This document shows, piece by piece, positions 47,702-60,035 of a stretch of 64,000 nt of DNA; positions within the stretch are counted from its first letter, which is position 1; the number at the start of each line of letters is the position of its first letter. Below the pieces are notes generated by a model. That model searched no databases and was not told the DNA's origin. It saw nothing but the letters and a program-made list of their open reading frames with translations. Location: NCBI GenBank assembly GCA_002269645.1, contig NIVC01002002.1, forward strand, positions 62,001 to 126,000, read 5' to 3'. The translations under genes and the position numbers were made by a program. Origin of the DNA: Macrostomum lignano. Its lineage: Eukaryota.

Positions 47702-50223
47702 TCGGATCGCTGTTGCAGAAAATCACAATTACTTTCACTGAGCTGGCTGCGTGTTAACTTCTGCTTTTCCAGGTGAGATTTGATCTCGCCAAGCCGCCCG
47801 TTTCCTGAGCGCAATTTTCTGCTTCTTCTAGTAGCCAGCAGGTGCACAGATGAAAGAGTTGAAGAAATTCTTAGGGCAGAAAGAAAAGTTTTCGTACAGT
47901 AGCTGCGGAAGCCTCCCGGCGGCTCTCTGCCCTTGAGCTTCTTGAGCCTGCATGTCTGGCATACCCCTCCGCCTCTCCTCTCCCCCCGTCTCCAAGTCGG
48001 CATTGGCCAACAAGGTGAAACGGTTCCCCGCGCTGCAAGCTCAAGAAAAGTTTCTACTCTGTGCATTTGCGATAACAAACTTTGCTAGCTTGGCTACTTT
48101 TCAAAGCGACAGGCCTCTTATACCCCCGCTGCGCCCGTTTGAGTCTTGCTTGTTTAAGAAAGAAAACCAGAGGTCGATTTTACTACAATATTTGTAGGTA
48201 AATTTAAGAACGATCCACTTCTCTACTACTCAAGCATGGAAAGTAGGCTGTATCGTTTAGAAGTAATCAACAAAAGTAGACCAGTACATATTTTTGAAGC
48301 ATAAATCAATCGACAATCATAAGTATATGTTTTAATAGCTAGTGAACACTTGTATTTGAATCAAACACAGATATATGGGATGTGAAGCTGGGAAAGGATT
48401 AACTATGTGGGGTAGATTCTAAATAAAACACTGGGTTTATTCATTTATTGATTTTTCAGCTTAAAACTGAAGTCACGTTACAACAGTGCGTCTGACGAAA
48501 CAGTTAAATAAAACATTTACGCTACTGTAAGTAGTAAATAAAGCATGTGTGAGCAAAGTTTCTATACAATTTGAGACCATTGACTCCAAAAATTGTGCCG
48601 TTTAAGGAAACGATCAAAAGCAGCATTTTGAAACGAAATAAATAAACAAAAGCATTCAACGAAGCTGATAATCTATACGAATATAATCAATCTTATGAAA
48701 CAGATATCTGCATGCTAGACTTAACAACAAATAGTACATCGTGCACTTCCTATAAGGCGCCACTAATTATGAAGAAAATCATATTGAAAACAAGTTCAAT
48801 TACATGGTACAATACAAGCAAAACAGTAGTACGGTATCTATTTACAGGTCGGAGAGCCACAAGGCCGCAGGACCGATCGCTGGAGCAAAGAAATTGACAG
48901 CGGAGCGAATCCTGCGGTAGCGGCCCTCTGTCATGACTAGATTCGACTCTCTCGTGTCTCTCGCAGCGTTGCCGCTTCAAGTTCAAAGCGATCAACAAAA
49001 AGCAAAAAAGCATCAACAAAAAAGCAAGCAGAAAAACACAGGCAAAGCAAAGCAAAACGGAACAATTTGGAGAGAGAGAAACAAAGAAAAGCGATTGCTG
49101 CGTTGAAGCAAAAATTGAAAATTTCCTGTGCAACAGTGAATACCGATGGGGGTGATGAAGCGAACTGACGCAGCTGTGAAGCGTGGCATTCAGTCCTGCC
49201 AACTGGATAACCAATAGAAATCAGCTCATCTGCTCATATTTACACTGATTTGTTACTGCAGCTCGAAAATAAATTAAGAAGATTTTAAATAGCAGGAAAA
49301 CACACAGTAAAACAAAAAAGACATTGCGCATTAAAACAAACGATCAACAAAGTAAAAACTAAGCGTATTTTACAATTCAAGGAACTGCAGCTGACGGAGC
49401 ATCAGCAAAGTTGGCTCAACAATTAAACGAGTCTTGGACTGAGAATTGCGAGCGCAACTATTATTGCATAACATCTGAGAAGCAATCGAAAACAAGTTTA
49501 ATAAACCGAGGTAGTTTTGGCCGGTAAATTCGATTCTACACCAATCCCATGCAATACTAGCTTGCAACCACAGATACTAGACTAACTAGAAGGGCCTACT
49601 CAGCACATTTGCGTGTAAGCTACTTTCAGTTTAGTAGTAAGTTAATCAGAGGCATTTTAATGTATTTTTAAAGCCAAGGCTTATTTCTTGGCTCTTACCC
49701 CCAGCTCAACCCCTCCAGCCACGCCCCGCCCCAATTTTTTGCCTTTCCCGGAATTCCAGCCTAAAGCTGCCATGTACATTTCAGTGGCCTGGCTAATGTA
49801 CATTATTGCTAAACCAATTTGCACGTTGTTTACGCCTGCAAACTTGGGCTTCTTAACCTATCAAAGTCATTTCAGCTGCCTTTTTATAAAATAGCGTATG
49901 TATTCTTCTTTGCTACTGAACTGAAAGTAGAAAGCTGTTTGACTAAGTATATATGCCTGAGTGACCAATCTAGTCATTTTAGTATCTCTGCTTGCAACCA
50001 TGGACTTTGTTACTGGAAACTGGAACCGTCTAAAGCTGTTATCTGCTTTTTAGCAGGACAGGGTCAGGGTTAGACACCCTGTCCTGCTAAAAAACCTGCT
50101 TTTATTCTATTTTTGCTACTGGAAATCAGATAGAATAATTCTCTCTAACTCAGCACGTGCCACTCCCGTCCAGTTTTTTCAAGTCCGCGGCAGTTTCCAT
50201 GCAGGGGTCCATGGCTTTAATCA

Positions 50224-50856
50224 TTACAGGCAGTCCACATCGAATCTGTCCGCCAAAACCCGGCGCAACCGGGGCGGCAGTCGCCACCATTGAGGCACCG
50301 CGGCGGTCGAGGCCGCAGCAGCCGATGCTGAGCGCGCCAGCACGGCGCAGCACCGGTCCTGCAGGCTCTCGTAGGAGCGCAGCAGCCGGGTGACGGACAT
50401 GCCGGTCTTGGCCGCGGTGGACGACAGCACGGGATAGAGCGGCTCTGGGCAGCTGTCCAGGCCGTCGAAGCCGGACTCCAGCCGGGTGCCGTTCACATAG
50501 AAGCTGAGCTGGCCACGCGGGCCGTCGAACAGCACGCCGACAATGCAGCTCTGATTCTCAGCGAACGGCTCGCACAGCCGCTTAGCTGAACCGTTGTGCC
50601 AGGCCAGGCCTTTGTGCGACAGCGCCCAGCCGTTGCCGTCCCGACCGATGAGGTTCTCCAGGAACTCGTTGGCGTGCAGCTGCGCATCGCCGGTGCACAC
50701 GCCCACCTGCATCGCAGTGCCGAATACTCGATCGCCGAATGTCACCTCCCAGTAGTACACCAGGCCGCGGTCAAGGGGCCGATTCGCCCGGACAGCCGCG
50801 TGTCCGTTGCTCCAGCGTGGATGGAACAGCACTGAGGTTGGCGTCAAAAGGACCGT
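50224..50856 (-). CDS. SPSB3: SPRY domain-containing SOCS box protein 3-like, terminal exon
   Basis: FHPRWSNGHAAVRANRPL...YYWEV...GTAMQVGV...WALSHKGLAWH...PLYPVLSSTAAKT...SLQDRCCAVL...LPPRL is a SPRY domain plus SOCS box. Phase-0 acceptor at 50857-50858, TAA stop. Confidence 0.9.
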   Translation of the reverse strand, partial: TVLLTPTSVLFHPRWSNGHAAVRANRPLDRGLVYYWEVTFGDRVFGTAMQVGVCTGDAQLHANEFLENLIGRDGNGWALSHKGLAWHNGSAKRLCEPFAENQSCIVGVLFDGPRGQLSFYVNGTRLESGFDGLDSCPEPLYPVLSSTAAKTGMSVTRLLRSYESLQDRCCAVLARSASAAAASTAAVPQWWRLPPRLRRVLADRFDVDCL

Positions 50857-50907
50857 CTGTCAAGTGTTCGAGGTAGGATATGCGGTGATGCAATTTGGCT
50901 TTAAAAC

Positions 50908-51200
50908 TTGGGATGGCTCAGCCAGGTGAACTGTCTGTGTCTGGGATGGCTCAGCCAAGTGAACTGTCTGTGTCTGGGATGGCTCAGCCAGGTGAACTGT
51001 CTGTGTCTGGGATGGCTCAGCCAGGTGAGCTGTCTGTGTCTGGGATGGCTCAGCCAGGTGAACTGTCTGTGTCTGGGATGGCTCAGCCAGGTGAACTGTC
51101 TGTGTCTGGGATGGCTCAGACAAGTGGACTGTCTGTGTCTGGGATGGCTCAGCCAGGTGAACTGTCTGTGTCTGGGATGGCTCAGCCAGGTATGTCTAGG
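50908..51200. repeat. 33-bp minisatellite in SPSB3 intron
   Basis: Unit CTGGGATGGCTCAGCCAGGTGAACTGTCTGTGT. Confidence 0.93.
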
Positions 51201-51599
51201 ATGTCTGCGATACTTCACTTAAGACCTTGTATATCTATGTACTTGTATATCTTGTACATCCAAAATGAAGCCGAATTCAGACTTAAAATGCACTTGAAAA
51301 GCGTTACGAAAACTAAAAAAAGTTTTGGACACCGAATGCATTTGCTTTGTACAAAAGATTTTTTGTAAAGGAGTGTGTGTGTATGTGTGTGTGTGTTAGT
51401 GCGAAATCTCAAATTTCCCGGATGGCTGAAAATGGCTAGTTGCTAACCCAATAAAGCGTGCTATGGGTGCAGACAATGTCGTTTCAAAGCAGTTCTTTCT
51501 GAGTGCGTGGGCGGCTGCAGGGAAAGTCAAAGCCCTCTTGGAGTAAGATGCTGATTTAGCAGGATGCGAATGAGGCACTGATCTATCTCACAGGATGTG

Positions 51600-52083
51600 A
51601 TCAAGGCAGGACAGGGTGGGGATTAAGGCAGGACAGGGTGGGGATTAAGGCAGGACAGGGTGGGGATTAAGGCAGGACAGGGTGGGGATTAAGGCAGGAC
51701 AGGGTGGGGATTAAGGCAGGACAGGGTGGGGATTAAGGCAGGACAGGGTGGGGATTAAGGCAGCACAGGGTGGGGATTAAGGCAGCACAGGGTGGGGATT
51801 AAGGCAGCACAGGGTGGGGATTAAGGCAGGACAGGGTGGGGATTAAGGCAGGACAGGGTGGGGATTAAGGCAGGACAGGGTGGGGATTAAGGCAGGACAG
51901 GGTGGGGATTAAGGCAGGAAAGGGTGGGGATTGAGGCAGGACAGGGTGGGGATTAAGGCAGGACAGGGTGGGGATTAAGGCAGGACAGGGTGGGGATTAA
52001 GGCAGGAAAGGGTGGGGATTGAGGCAGGACAGGGTGGGGATTAAGGCAGCACAGGGTGGGGATTAAGGAAGGACAGGGTGGGG
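51600..52083. repeat. 22-bp G-rich minisatellite in SPSB3 intron
   Basis: Unit AAGGCAGGACAGGGTGGGGATT. Confidence 0.95.
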
Positions 52084-52212
52084 AGGAAGCTTAAACAGTC
52101 GAGTTTCGATATCACTTTATGCTACTAACTCAGTAGCCCACTGTAAACACTATTCCCTAATAATAAACTACAAAATCCTACATTAAGAATCCCAAATAGT
52201 TGTTCAGCAAAC

Positions 52213-52575
52213 CTCATGCGACCTCGCCGTCTCGTCCAGTCGCCAATTGTCCGCGCACATGTCTCTGGCCGCGGCTGGCCGACGCTTGCGCTGCAACTGC
52301 TGCAGCAGCGGATTCTGCCGTCGCAACGGCTGCCCGATTCCCGTCACCGAGTGGCCGATGAGCGCGGAAGCGGCCGGCGACGATGCCGAACCTCCTGCCG
52401 GCTGCAGCGGCTCCAGCGGTTCAACCAGGCCAGCCTCCTCGTTGTGCTCCATCGTTGTCGCCTGGCGCTTGCACTTGACGGGCGGCGGCCCGAACAGCTG
52501 CCGCTCGACGATGTCCTCTTCGTCTTCGCCCGTCTCTGCGACGTAGCCGAAGCTGCTTATCACCGGTGACTCCAT
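52213..52575 (-). CDS. SPSB3: SPSB3-like, first coding exon
   Basis: MESPVISSFG...DMCADNWRLDETARSHE ends in the typical pre-SPRY motif (DNWxWxxxxRSHE). GTTTGC donor at 52207-52212, phase 0. Confidence 0.8.
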
Positions 52576-53864
52576 CTGAGCCCGGCGGCCAGCTCTGTGA
52601 GTAGCGGGGATCCGTGGGCTGACGAAAGAATCGAGGAGGGAAGCTGATTGAGGGGGCAAGAGAAGATGTGGAAAACTTGTGTGCTGGGAGCTTTATTCCC
52701 TATTATATATTTCAGGGGCCTCTTCAATCTTGAATTGGAGGGTTGGGGGCTTTTTTCAAAGGGGGGTTGGCGGAGCACAAAGAGCGACCTTCCGCTCGGG
52801 TTGGTCGGCGGGCCCCATCAGGCGCGCCCCTATAGCTTTTAGCTAAGGCCCTATATCGCTTATGAGTGGTTTAGACTGGGGGAGGGGGTGCCCCGGGACT
52901 CCTCTCTGCTGAATCACTCCTCCTGTTGTTTAGTTTCAACTTGGGGGGAGAGGGGCCACGTGGAGGCAGAGGGGGTAGCAGAAGCACACAAAGACAGGAG
53001 GCGGCCCCCTGGGGGGCTTAACGAAGCAAACGCGTGGCTTGGGGAAAATGGGACTGATGGGACTGGGGCAGCGCGGGAGAAAAGGGAGCGGAGCAGTGGA
53101 GTGATAGCGGATTTGCCCTGCAGCCTATTTTAGCCTCGATCTGAAGCGAAGGAGGAGAGGCTGGGCTGGATGCGGGCAGCCCGCCGCCTTCCCTCCTTCT
53201 CCCCTTTATCGGGATTTCTTCCCCACCCAACTTACTGCGGGGGGAGGCGCTGCCGCAGCTTCGGTGAACGATGAAGAGAGACAGGAAGAGCCAGAGAGCT
53301 GTGGGGCCGCACACTGGGCTGAGGGGCTGAAATAGCCTTCCCATGCCCAGCGTTAGCATTGGGGAAACGGATCGATATTTCCCACACTGGGGACTGCAGC
53401 TTAAGCAATTGGGAAGAGAAAGCCCAAAGCCTGCCGCCCTCCTCCTCCTTCTCCTCCTCCCTGATCCTCTCTGGCCGCATGCATTTGCTTGATCCCCCAG
53501 ATAATCTCCCTCCTACCCCTGTCCGCTGCCTGCAAGTGCTCAGTGTACAGTGAATATGAGCGTACAGTGCAGTCACGGCAGTTGCGTACACTGCAGTCCG
53601 AACTGCAATTGCTGAGTTTAATCGAAGGCAACGACTCAAGGAAAATTGTGAGTGCAAGTCTTCAAAAAAAAATAAATAAAATTGCGCGTGAATAATTTCA
53701 GGCACCAATTTCGGTTTTCTTTAGGAAAATTTGTAGCTAAGGTTTAATGTGAATTAAACATGAATAAGTTCTCCGTAATTCGTAGCCTTCAAAGCGGCAG
53801 TTTCTTGTATTAGTACTCAGTGAACTTATGGAAACGAATTTTTCGTTCAGTTTTGATGCTTGAC

Positions 53865-54182
53865 GTCTAACGGGTAACCCTGCCTTGTATAACGGGTAAC
53901 CCTGTCTGTCTAACAGGTAAACCTGTCTGTCTAACGGGTAAACCTGCCTTGCCTAACGGGTAACCCTGCCTTGTCTAACGGGTAACCCTGCCTTGTCTAA
54001 CGGGTAAACCTGTCTGTCTAACGGGTAAACCTGCCTTGCCTAACGGGTAACCCTGCCTTGTCTAACAGGTAACCCTGTCTGTCTAACAGGTAAACCTGTC
54101 TGTCTAACGGGTAACCCTGCCTGTCTAACAGGTAACCCTGCCTGTCTAACAGGTAACCCTGCCTGTCTAACAGGTAAACCTA
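53865..54182. repeat. 21-22-bp minisatellite
   Basis: Unit GTCTAACGGGTAACCCTGCCTT and variants. Confidence 0.92.
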
Positions 54183-54814
54183 CCTATAACCATAAGTTTA
54201 ACATGTAATAGTTAGTATATAGATGCAGCGCAGGTCCCCCTATAGGGACATAATTGCCAGTTTAACTATAAAACTCCCCATGCCTGAGACGCAGTGCAAC
54301 AGCTTGCTGACTGGAGTCTTATGCACACAAATTTATTATAAGGCTTGCAAATTGGCTTACTGGTTACAGTTGGTTGGTGAAGTAACCTGCAGATATGCTC
54401 ATTACTCATTTTATCAGGGAGCGCTGTGTATAGGCTCCGGCTTATGGCAAAATCCAACAGCTGCATTCTTTCCCATGGGTAGTGGTGTTGAGCAGCTGAT
54501 TTTTATTAATATTATTATATTACTCGAAATAAAACTATAGTAAGTTTTAAAGCCTGCTCCGCTCACGGCTCTGTGTCCGTGGCCTGTGAGTGAGTAAGCT
54601 CGTATCTAACTATATCGATTTACGGGCTATAACTGTCAGCTCACAAATTCAAAAGCGGACGAGTATAGCAGGTGCAGAAATTGAAACTCGAGTGCTGTGA
54701 CGACAACTGATAGCATAAATATAAAATTATTAGATTCTTATATGTACCTATGACTGGGATCTTTATGACTGGCACAATGATACTTCTCCGGCATACTGCA
54801 TGTACTACTAGTAT

Positions 54815-55313
54815 CCAATCTCATGGGTACTGAGATCCAATCTCATGGGTACTGAGATCCAATCTCATGGGTAGTGAGATCCAATCTCATGTGTACTGAG
54901 ATCCAATCTCATGGGTAGTGAGATTTAATCTCATGGGTACTGAGATCCAATCTCATGTGTACTGAGATCCAATCTCATGGGTACTGAGATCCAATCTCAT
55001 GGGTAGTGAGATCCAATCTCATGTGTACTGAGATCCAATCTCATGGGTAGTGAGATCCAATCTCATGGGAACTGAGATTTAATCTCATGGGTAGTGAGAT
55101 CCAATCTCATGGGTAGTGAGGTCCAATCTCATGTGTACCGAGATCCAATCTCATGGGTAGTGAGATCCAATCTCATGTGTACTGAGATCCAATCTCATGG
55201 GAACTGAGATTTAATCTCATGGGTACTGAGATCCAATCTCATGTGTAGTGAGATCCAATCTCATGGGTAGTGAGATCTAATCTCATGTGTACTGAGATCC
55301 AATCTCATGGGTA
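54815..55313. repeat. 22-bp minisatellite
   Basis: Unit GAGATCCAATCTCATGGGTACT. Confidence 0.94.
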
Positions 55314-56649
55314 ACAGAGGTCCTGTTGCTAGTTTGCAGTACCTACATGGTCTGTAAGGTGAGTAACAGCCGAGACCCACTTGTATTTTGACCAGAGGAT
55401 TGGTAAGCTTTTTTCCTCAAGGGCCAGATAAAGAATCCAGCTCATGGCTGCGGGCCATGCTGATGAGAGAGGAAATGAGAGGGAATATAGGAAAGAGAAT
55501 AGGAAAAAGGAGATGAGAGATGAGAGGGGAGAGGAGGGATGAGAATGGAGAAGAGAGATGAGGAGAAAGAGACATAAACCTTGAGCTGGCTCGAGGGCCT
55601 GATAGAGAGGCTTCGCGGACTTAGGCAGGCCGCAGGTTGCAACCCCTGGTTAAGACAGATGCGCGTTATTTTGGTCATACAGTCTGCCGCTTAGAGCCGT
55701 CAGACATCGTGGGCCTAATTTATTCCTCATTCATTTTTTTATCTCACATTCGAGTTTGTTCACTTGGACAGAGAGGGGGGGTGGGGCTGAGTAAATATTC
55801 GAATTCTGGTGAGGGGATGTAGGAGATGGGAGATGTGAAATGAGAAGAAGCAGAAGGAAGGAAGGCCTGGATGAACAGAAATGGGGGGGGGGTTGCCAGA
55901 TGTCGTGACTATTAAGGAAAATAACTGGGGCTGGCGGGAGGTTGAGGGGAGCTGGGAAGAGGAAGACCTAAAAAACACCGTCAACCCAACGGGCTGAGCA
56001 CGTATATGAGTTGAGTTAAGGAAGAAATAAAAGGGACCTGATAAAAAAGTGAGCAAGATAACAAATCGTACCGAAACCCCCAGCCCCCCCCCCTGCAGGT
56101 AGATCAGTTCGATGCCTTCAGCTGCCCTTAGCATAATATAATATCGAATATATAGGCAAAGTTGGCGCTGACTCACGAACAAATCCCACCAATTTATATT
56201 CTGAACAAAGACCTTCACCCCATCCCCGTAATAAAACTGATCTGTGTCGCGTGGCAGGGAAAGGAATGGGATTAAGCTCTTGTATTCTCTATGCTGGGAG
56301 GGGAGGGTAAGAGGGGATTTTGCGATGACACAGCCGGCCCGACCCTAACAGCCCTTCAAGCCAGTTCCTTTCTTTCCTGGCCTGAATTCGAGAACAAAGA
56401 CCTTCCGGACGGGCGCCTGCAACAGCTGCCGGAGCCGCTAGCCCAGCTGTTTGAACGGGAAATATGAAATCCCGCGAAACTCGAAGGGGAACGCAAACCA
56501 TCTGGAGAGTGGAGAGAAATTTTATAGGGGCAAATCATATATTTTCGCTGGCTAACGAGCTCAGTTATGGCATGGATTGAACTCGAAAATTCGTTTTTTT
56601 TGTCCAATTTTGATCGCCTAGTCTTAAGCTTACGCAAGATTACTTGGCT

Positions 56650-57770
56650 GCTCGAAATTTCATAACGTCGAAAAGCAGATTCTTTTACAAGCTCGAAATT
56701 TCACAACGCAAAAAAGCAGATTCTTTCACAGGCTCGAAATTTCACAACGCAAAAAAGCAGATTCTGTCACAAGCTCGAAATTTCACAACGCAAAAAAGCA
56801 GATTCTGTCACAAGCTCGAAATTTCACAACGCAAAAAAGCAGATTCTTTCACAAGCTCGAAATTTCACAACGTCGAAAAGCAGATTCTTTCACAAGCTCG
56901 AAATTTCACAACGTCGAAAAGCAGATTCTTTCACAAGCTCGAAATTTCACAACGCAAAAAAGCAGATTCTTTCACAAGCTCGAAATTTCACAACGCAAAA
57001 AAGCAGATTCTGTCACAAGCTCGAAATTTCACAACGTCGAAAAGCAGATTCTTTCACAAGCTCGAAATTTCACAACGTCGAAAAGCAGATTCTTTCACAG
57101 GCTCGAAATTTCACAACGCAAAAAAGCAGATTCTTTCACAAGCTCGAAATTTCACAACGCAAAAAAGCAGATTCTTTCACAAGGTCGAAATTTCACAACG
57201 CAAAAAAGCAGATTCTTTCACAGGCTCGAAATTTCACAACGCAAAAAAGCAGATTCTTTCACAAGCTCGAAATTTCACAACGCAAAAAAGCAGATTCTTT
57301 CACAAGGTCGAAATTTCACAACGCAAAAAAGCAGATTCTTTCACAGGCTCGAAATTTCACAACGCAAAAAAGCAGATTCTTTCACAAGCTCGAAATTTCA
57401 CAACGCAAAAAAGCAGATTCTTTCACAGGCTCGAAATTTCACAACGCAAAAAAGCAGATTCTTTCACAAGCTCGAAATTTCACAACGCAAAAAAAGCAGA
57501 TTCTTTCACAAGGTCGAAATTTCACAACGCAAAAAAGCAGATTCTTTCACAGGCTCGAAATTTCACAACGCAAAAAAGCAGATTCTTTCACAAGCTCGAA
57601 ATTTCACAACGCAAAAAAGCAGATTCTTTCACAGGCTCGAAATTTCACAACGCAAAAAAGCAGATTCTTTCACAAGCTCGAAATTTCACAACGCAAAAAA
57701 GCAGATTCTTTCACAAGGTCGAAATTTCACAACGCAAAAAAGCAGATTCTTTCACAGGCTCGAAATTTCT
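56650..57770. repeat. 41-bp minisatellite
   Basis: Unit GCTCGAAATTTCACAACGCAAAAAAGCAGATTCTTTCACAA. Confidence 0.95.
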
Positions 57771-58536
57771 CACTTCGATCTTGTGAAGTTTCAACTTTAC
57801 GAAGTTGAAGTTTCACAATAAAACAAAGGCAATGGCAATCCAGTTTTTGCGACTTCTTTGCTTCGAAGTAAATAGTCGTAGTCCTTGTGTCAAATTTGAT
57901 GCAATAATGACTCGAATATTCGGACTATGGTGTCTCCGGAATAATCGCAGCAGTGCGTGGAGTTGAAGAAAGAATTTTAACGTCTAAAAATGTTACTGAT
58001 ACAGTTAGTGGACAAGTGTTCCCACTAACAGCTGGAGGACAGACAATACAAAGAAGCAGTCTGAAGTAAAACTAAAACAGTATAGTAAACATTCTTCCCT
58101 ACTGCGGACTGAACGATTTTTTTATTTAATGCCTTCTTTATGTCCAGAAAATGTCCCATGAATGCATGCGCTTCCATTTTAGAAAGGAAATTTTCAACAA
58201 ATTTGTTACACAGATAATTTCGTTACAATTTATACTCTTAAACCTGGGCTTCTAGAGTTGAAAAAATGAAATAATATGCAGTGTCATTACTGCATGGATT
58301 GGCATAGTGTGTAGTGTTAATCAACTTCCATCCATCCTTATCTTTCCTATATTCTACAAACAGACACATCCTCTATTAATTTTCTGTATTATTAACTTTA
58401 AAACAGTTAGAGACATGAAAAATGACATTTACAGAGGCAAAATGGATTATGTTTTTTTATGTTCCTTCAGATCTCAACTACTACTAACAGTAAAACAAAT
58501 TTTCATAATCGACTGAAAACACACTCCACAGCAACT

Positions 58537-58608
58537 TCCTCGATAGTATAGTGGTCAGTATCTCCGCCTGTCACGTGGAAGGCCCGGGTTCGATTCCCGG
58601 TCGGGGAG
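58537..58608 (+). tRNA. tRNA-Asp(GTC)
   Basis: 72 nt; acceptor stem TCCTCGA/TCGGGGA, anticodon arm TCCGC-CTGTCAC-GTGGA, T arm CCGGG-TTCGATT-CCCGG; matches the metazoan tRNA-Asp pattern. Confidence 0.97.
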
Positions 58609-58611
58609 AGG

Positions 58612-58618
58612 TTTTTTT
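58612..58618 (+). terminator. Pol III terminator (T7)
   Basis: Seven Ts, 3 nt after the + strand tRNA-Asp. Confidence 0.85.
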
Positions 58619-58911
58619 ATTCCTACGAGAATGTGATTTGGTGCAATAAATTTATTATTTTATACCTCACGAAGTCTTTATTTCTTTTGTTTATCATATG
58701 AAAGTCATTTTTACGTTTTTTAAATTTGTCGATGTGGAGATTGCTGGCAGTTTTTTTATTCTACCATTAAGTAGCACAATGAGACTATAACTGCATAGTT
58801 TGAAAAAAGTTCGGAAAAAGCCCTAGATAATTGTGCATAATTAGGCTGATGCGTGGCTGATGGATGTATTTCGAAATAAAAAATAGTGATAAGGAAGAAA
58901 ATTTTCTGTGG

Positions 58912-58918
58912 AAAAAAA
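58912..58918 (-). terminator. Pol III terminator (T7)
   Basis: Seven Ts on the minus strand, 3 nt after the - strand tRNA-Asp. Confidence 0.85.
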
Positions 58919-58921
58919 TTA

Positions 58922-58993
58922 CTCCCCGACCGGGAATCGAACCCGGGCCTTCCACGTGACAGGCGGAGATACTGACCACTATACTATCGAGGA
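58922..58993 (-). tRNA. tRNA-Asp(GTC), identical to 58537-58608
   Basis: Exact reverse complement of the first copy. Confidence 0.97.
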
Positions 58994-59360
58994 AGTAATT
59001 GCAAGACTTCTCATTTCGCGAGTTTCTTTGTTTTATTTTATTTGTTATTGTTTGTTTTATTTCGCGACTGAATGTTCATTAGCCTTAAGACGTAGTTAAG
59101 GTAGTTAAGACGGTGAAAAAAGGCAAAATGTTATAGTGCAGCAAAGCTTTCGTAATTACCAGCTGTCGATCTGACAAACCAGACCGCGGTGTGATTTGAA
59201 TAGTGATTTTTCAATAGAAACGGATAAAATACATGTAATACGTAATTCCGGGAAGGTTGTGGGCCTCCTGGCGCCACGCTCGAGCTCGAAATATCGATCG
59301 TCCCACAACCATGCGCCGAGGCAATTCCGTACATTCGGCTGACAATAGCTCCTGAGGACA

Positions 59361-59948
59361 CATACATACATACATACATACATACATACATACATACATA
59401 CATACATACATACATACATACATACATACATACATACATACATACATACATACATACATACATACATACATACATACATACATACATACATACATACATA
59501 CATACATACATACATACATACATACATACATACATACATACATACATACATACATACATACATACATACATACATACATACATACATACATACATACATA
59601 CATACATACATACATACATACATACATACATACATACATACATACATACATACATACATACATACATACATACATACATACATACATACATACATACATA
59701 CATACATACATACATACATACATACATACATACATACATACATACATACATACATACATACATACATACATACATACATACATACATACATACATACATA
59801 CATACATACATACATACATACATACATACATACATACATACATACATACATACATACATACATACATACATACATACATACATACATACATACATACATA
59901 CATACATACATACATACATACATACATACATACATACATACATACATA
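59361..59948. repeat. (CATA)n microsatellite, about 147 apparently perfect copies
   Basis: 588 bp with no interruption seen. Confidence 0.97.
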
Positions 59949-60035
59949 CCAGGTTTTCCCGCAGCGAGATTTGCCCGCAGCGAGCTTTTCCCTCGAGAGT
60001 TTTTCCAGCCGAGGTTTCCAACCTCGGTGCAGATA

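Noticed and set aside
55455-55480. CTGATGAG...GAAA, hammerhead-like core
   Set aside because: No stem II or flanking stems can form.
56644-57786. 380-aa Lys/Ser-rich ORF
   Set aside because: A 41-bp unit without stops read through three rotating frames; repeat-derived.
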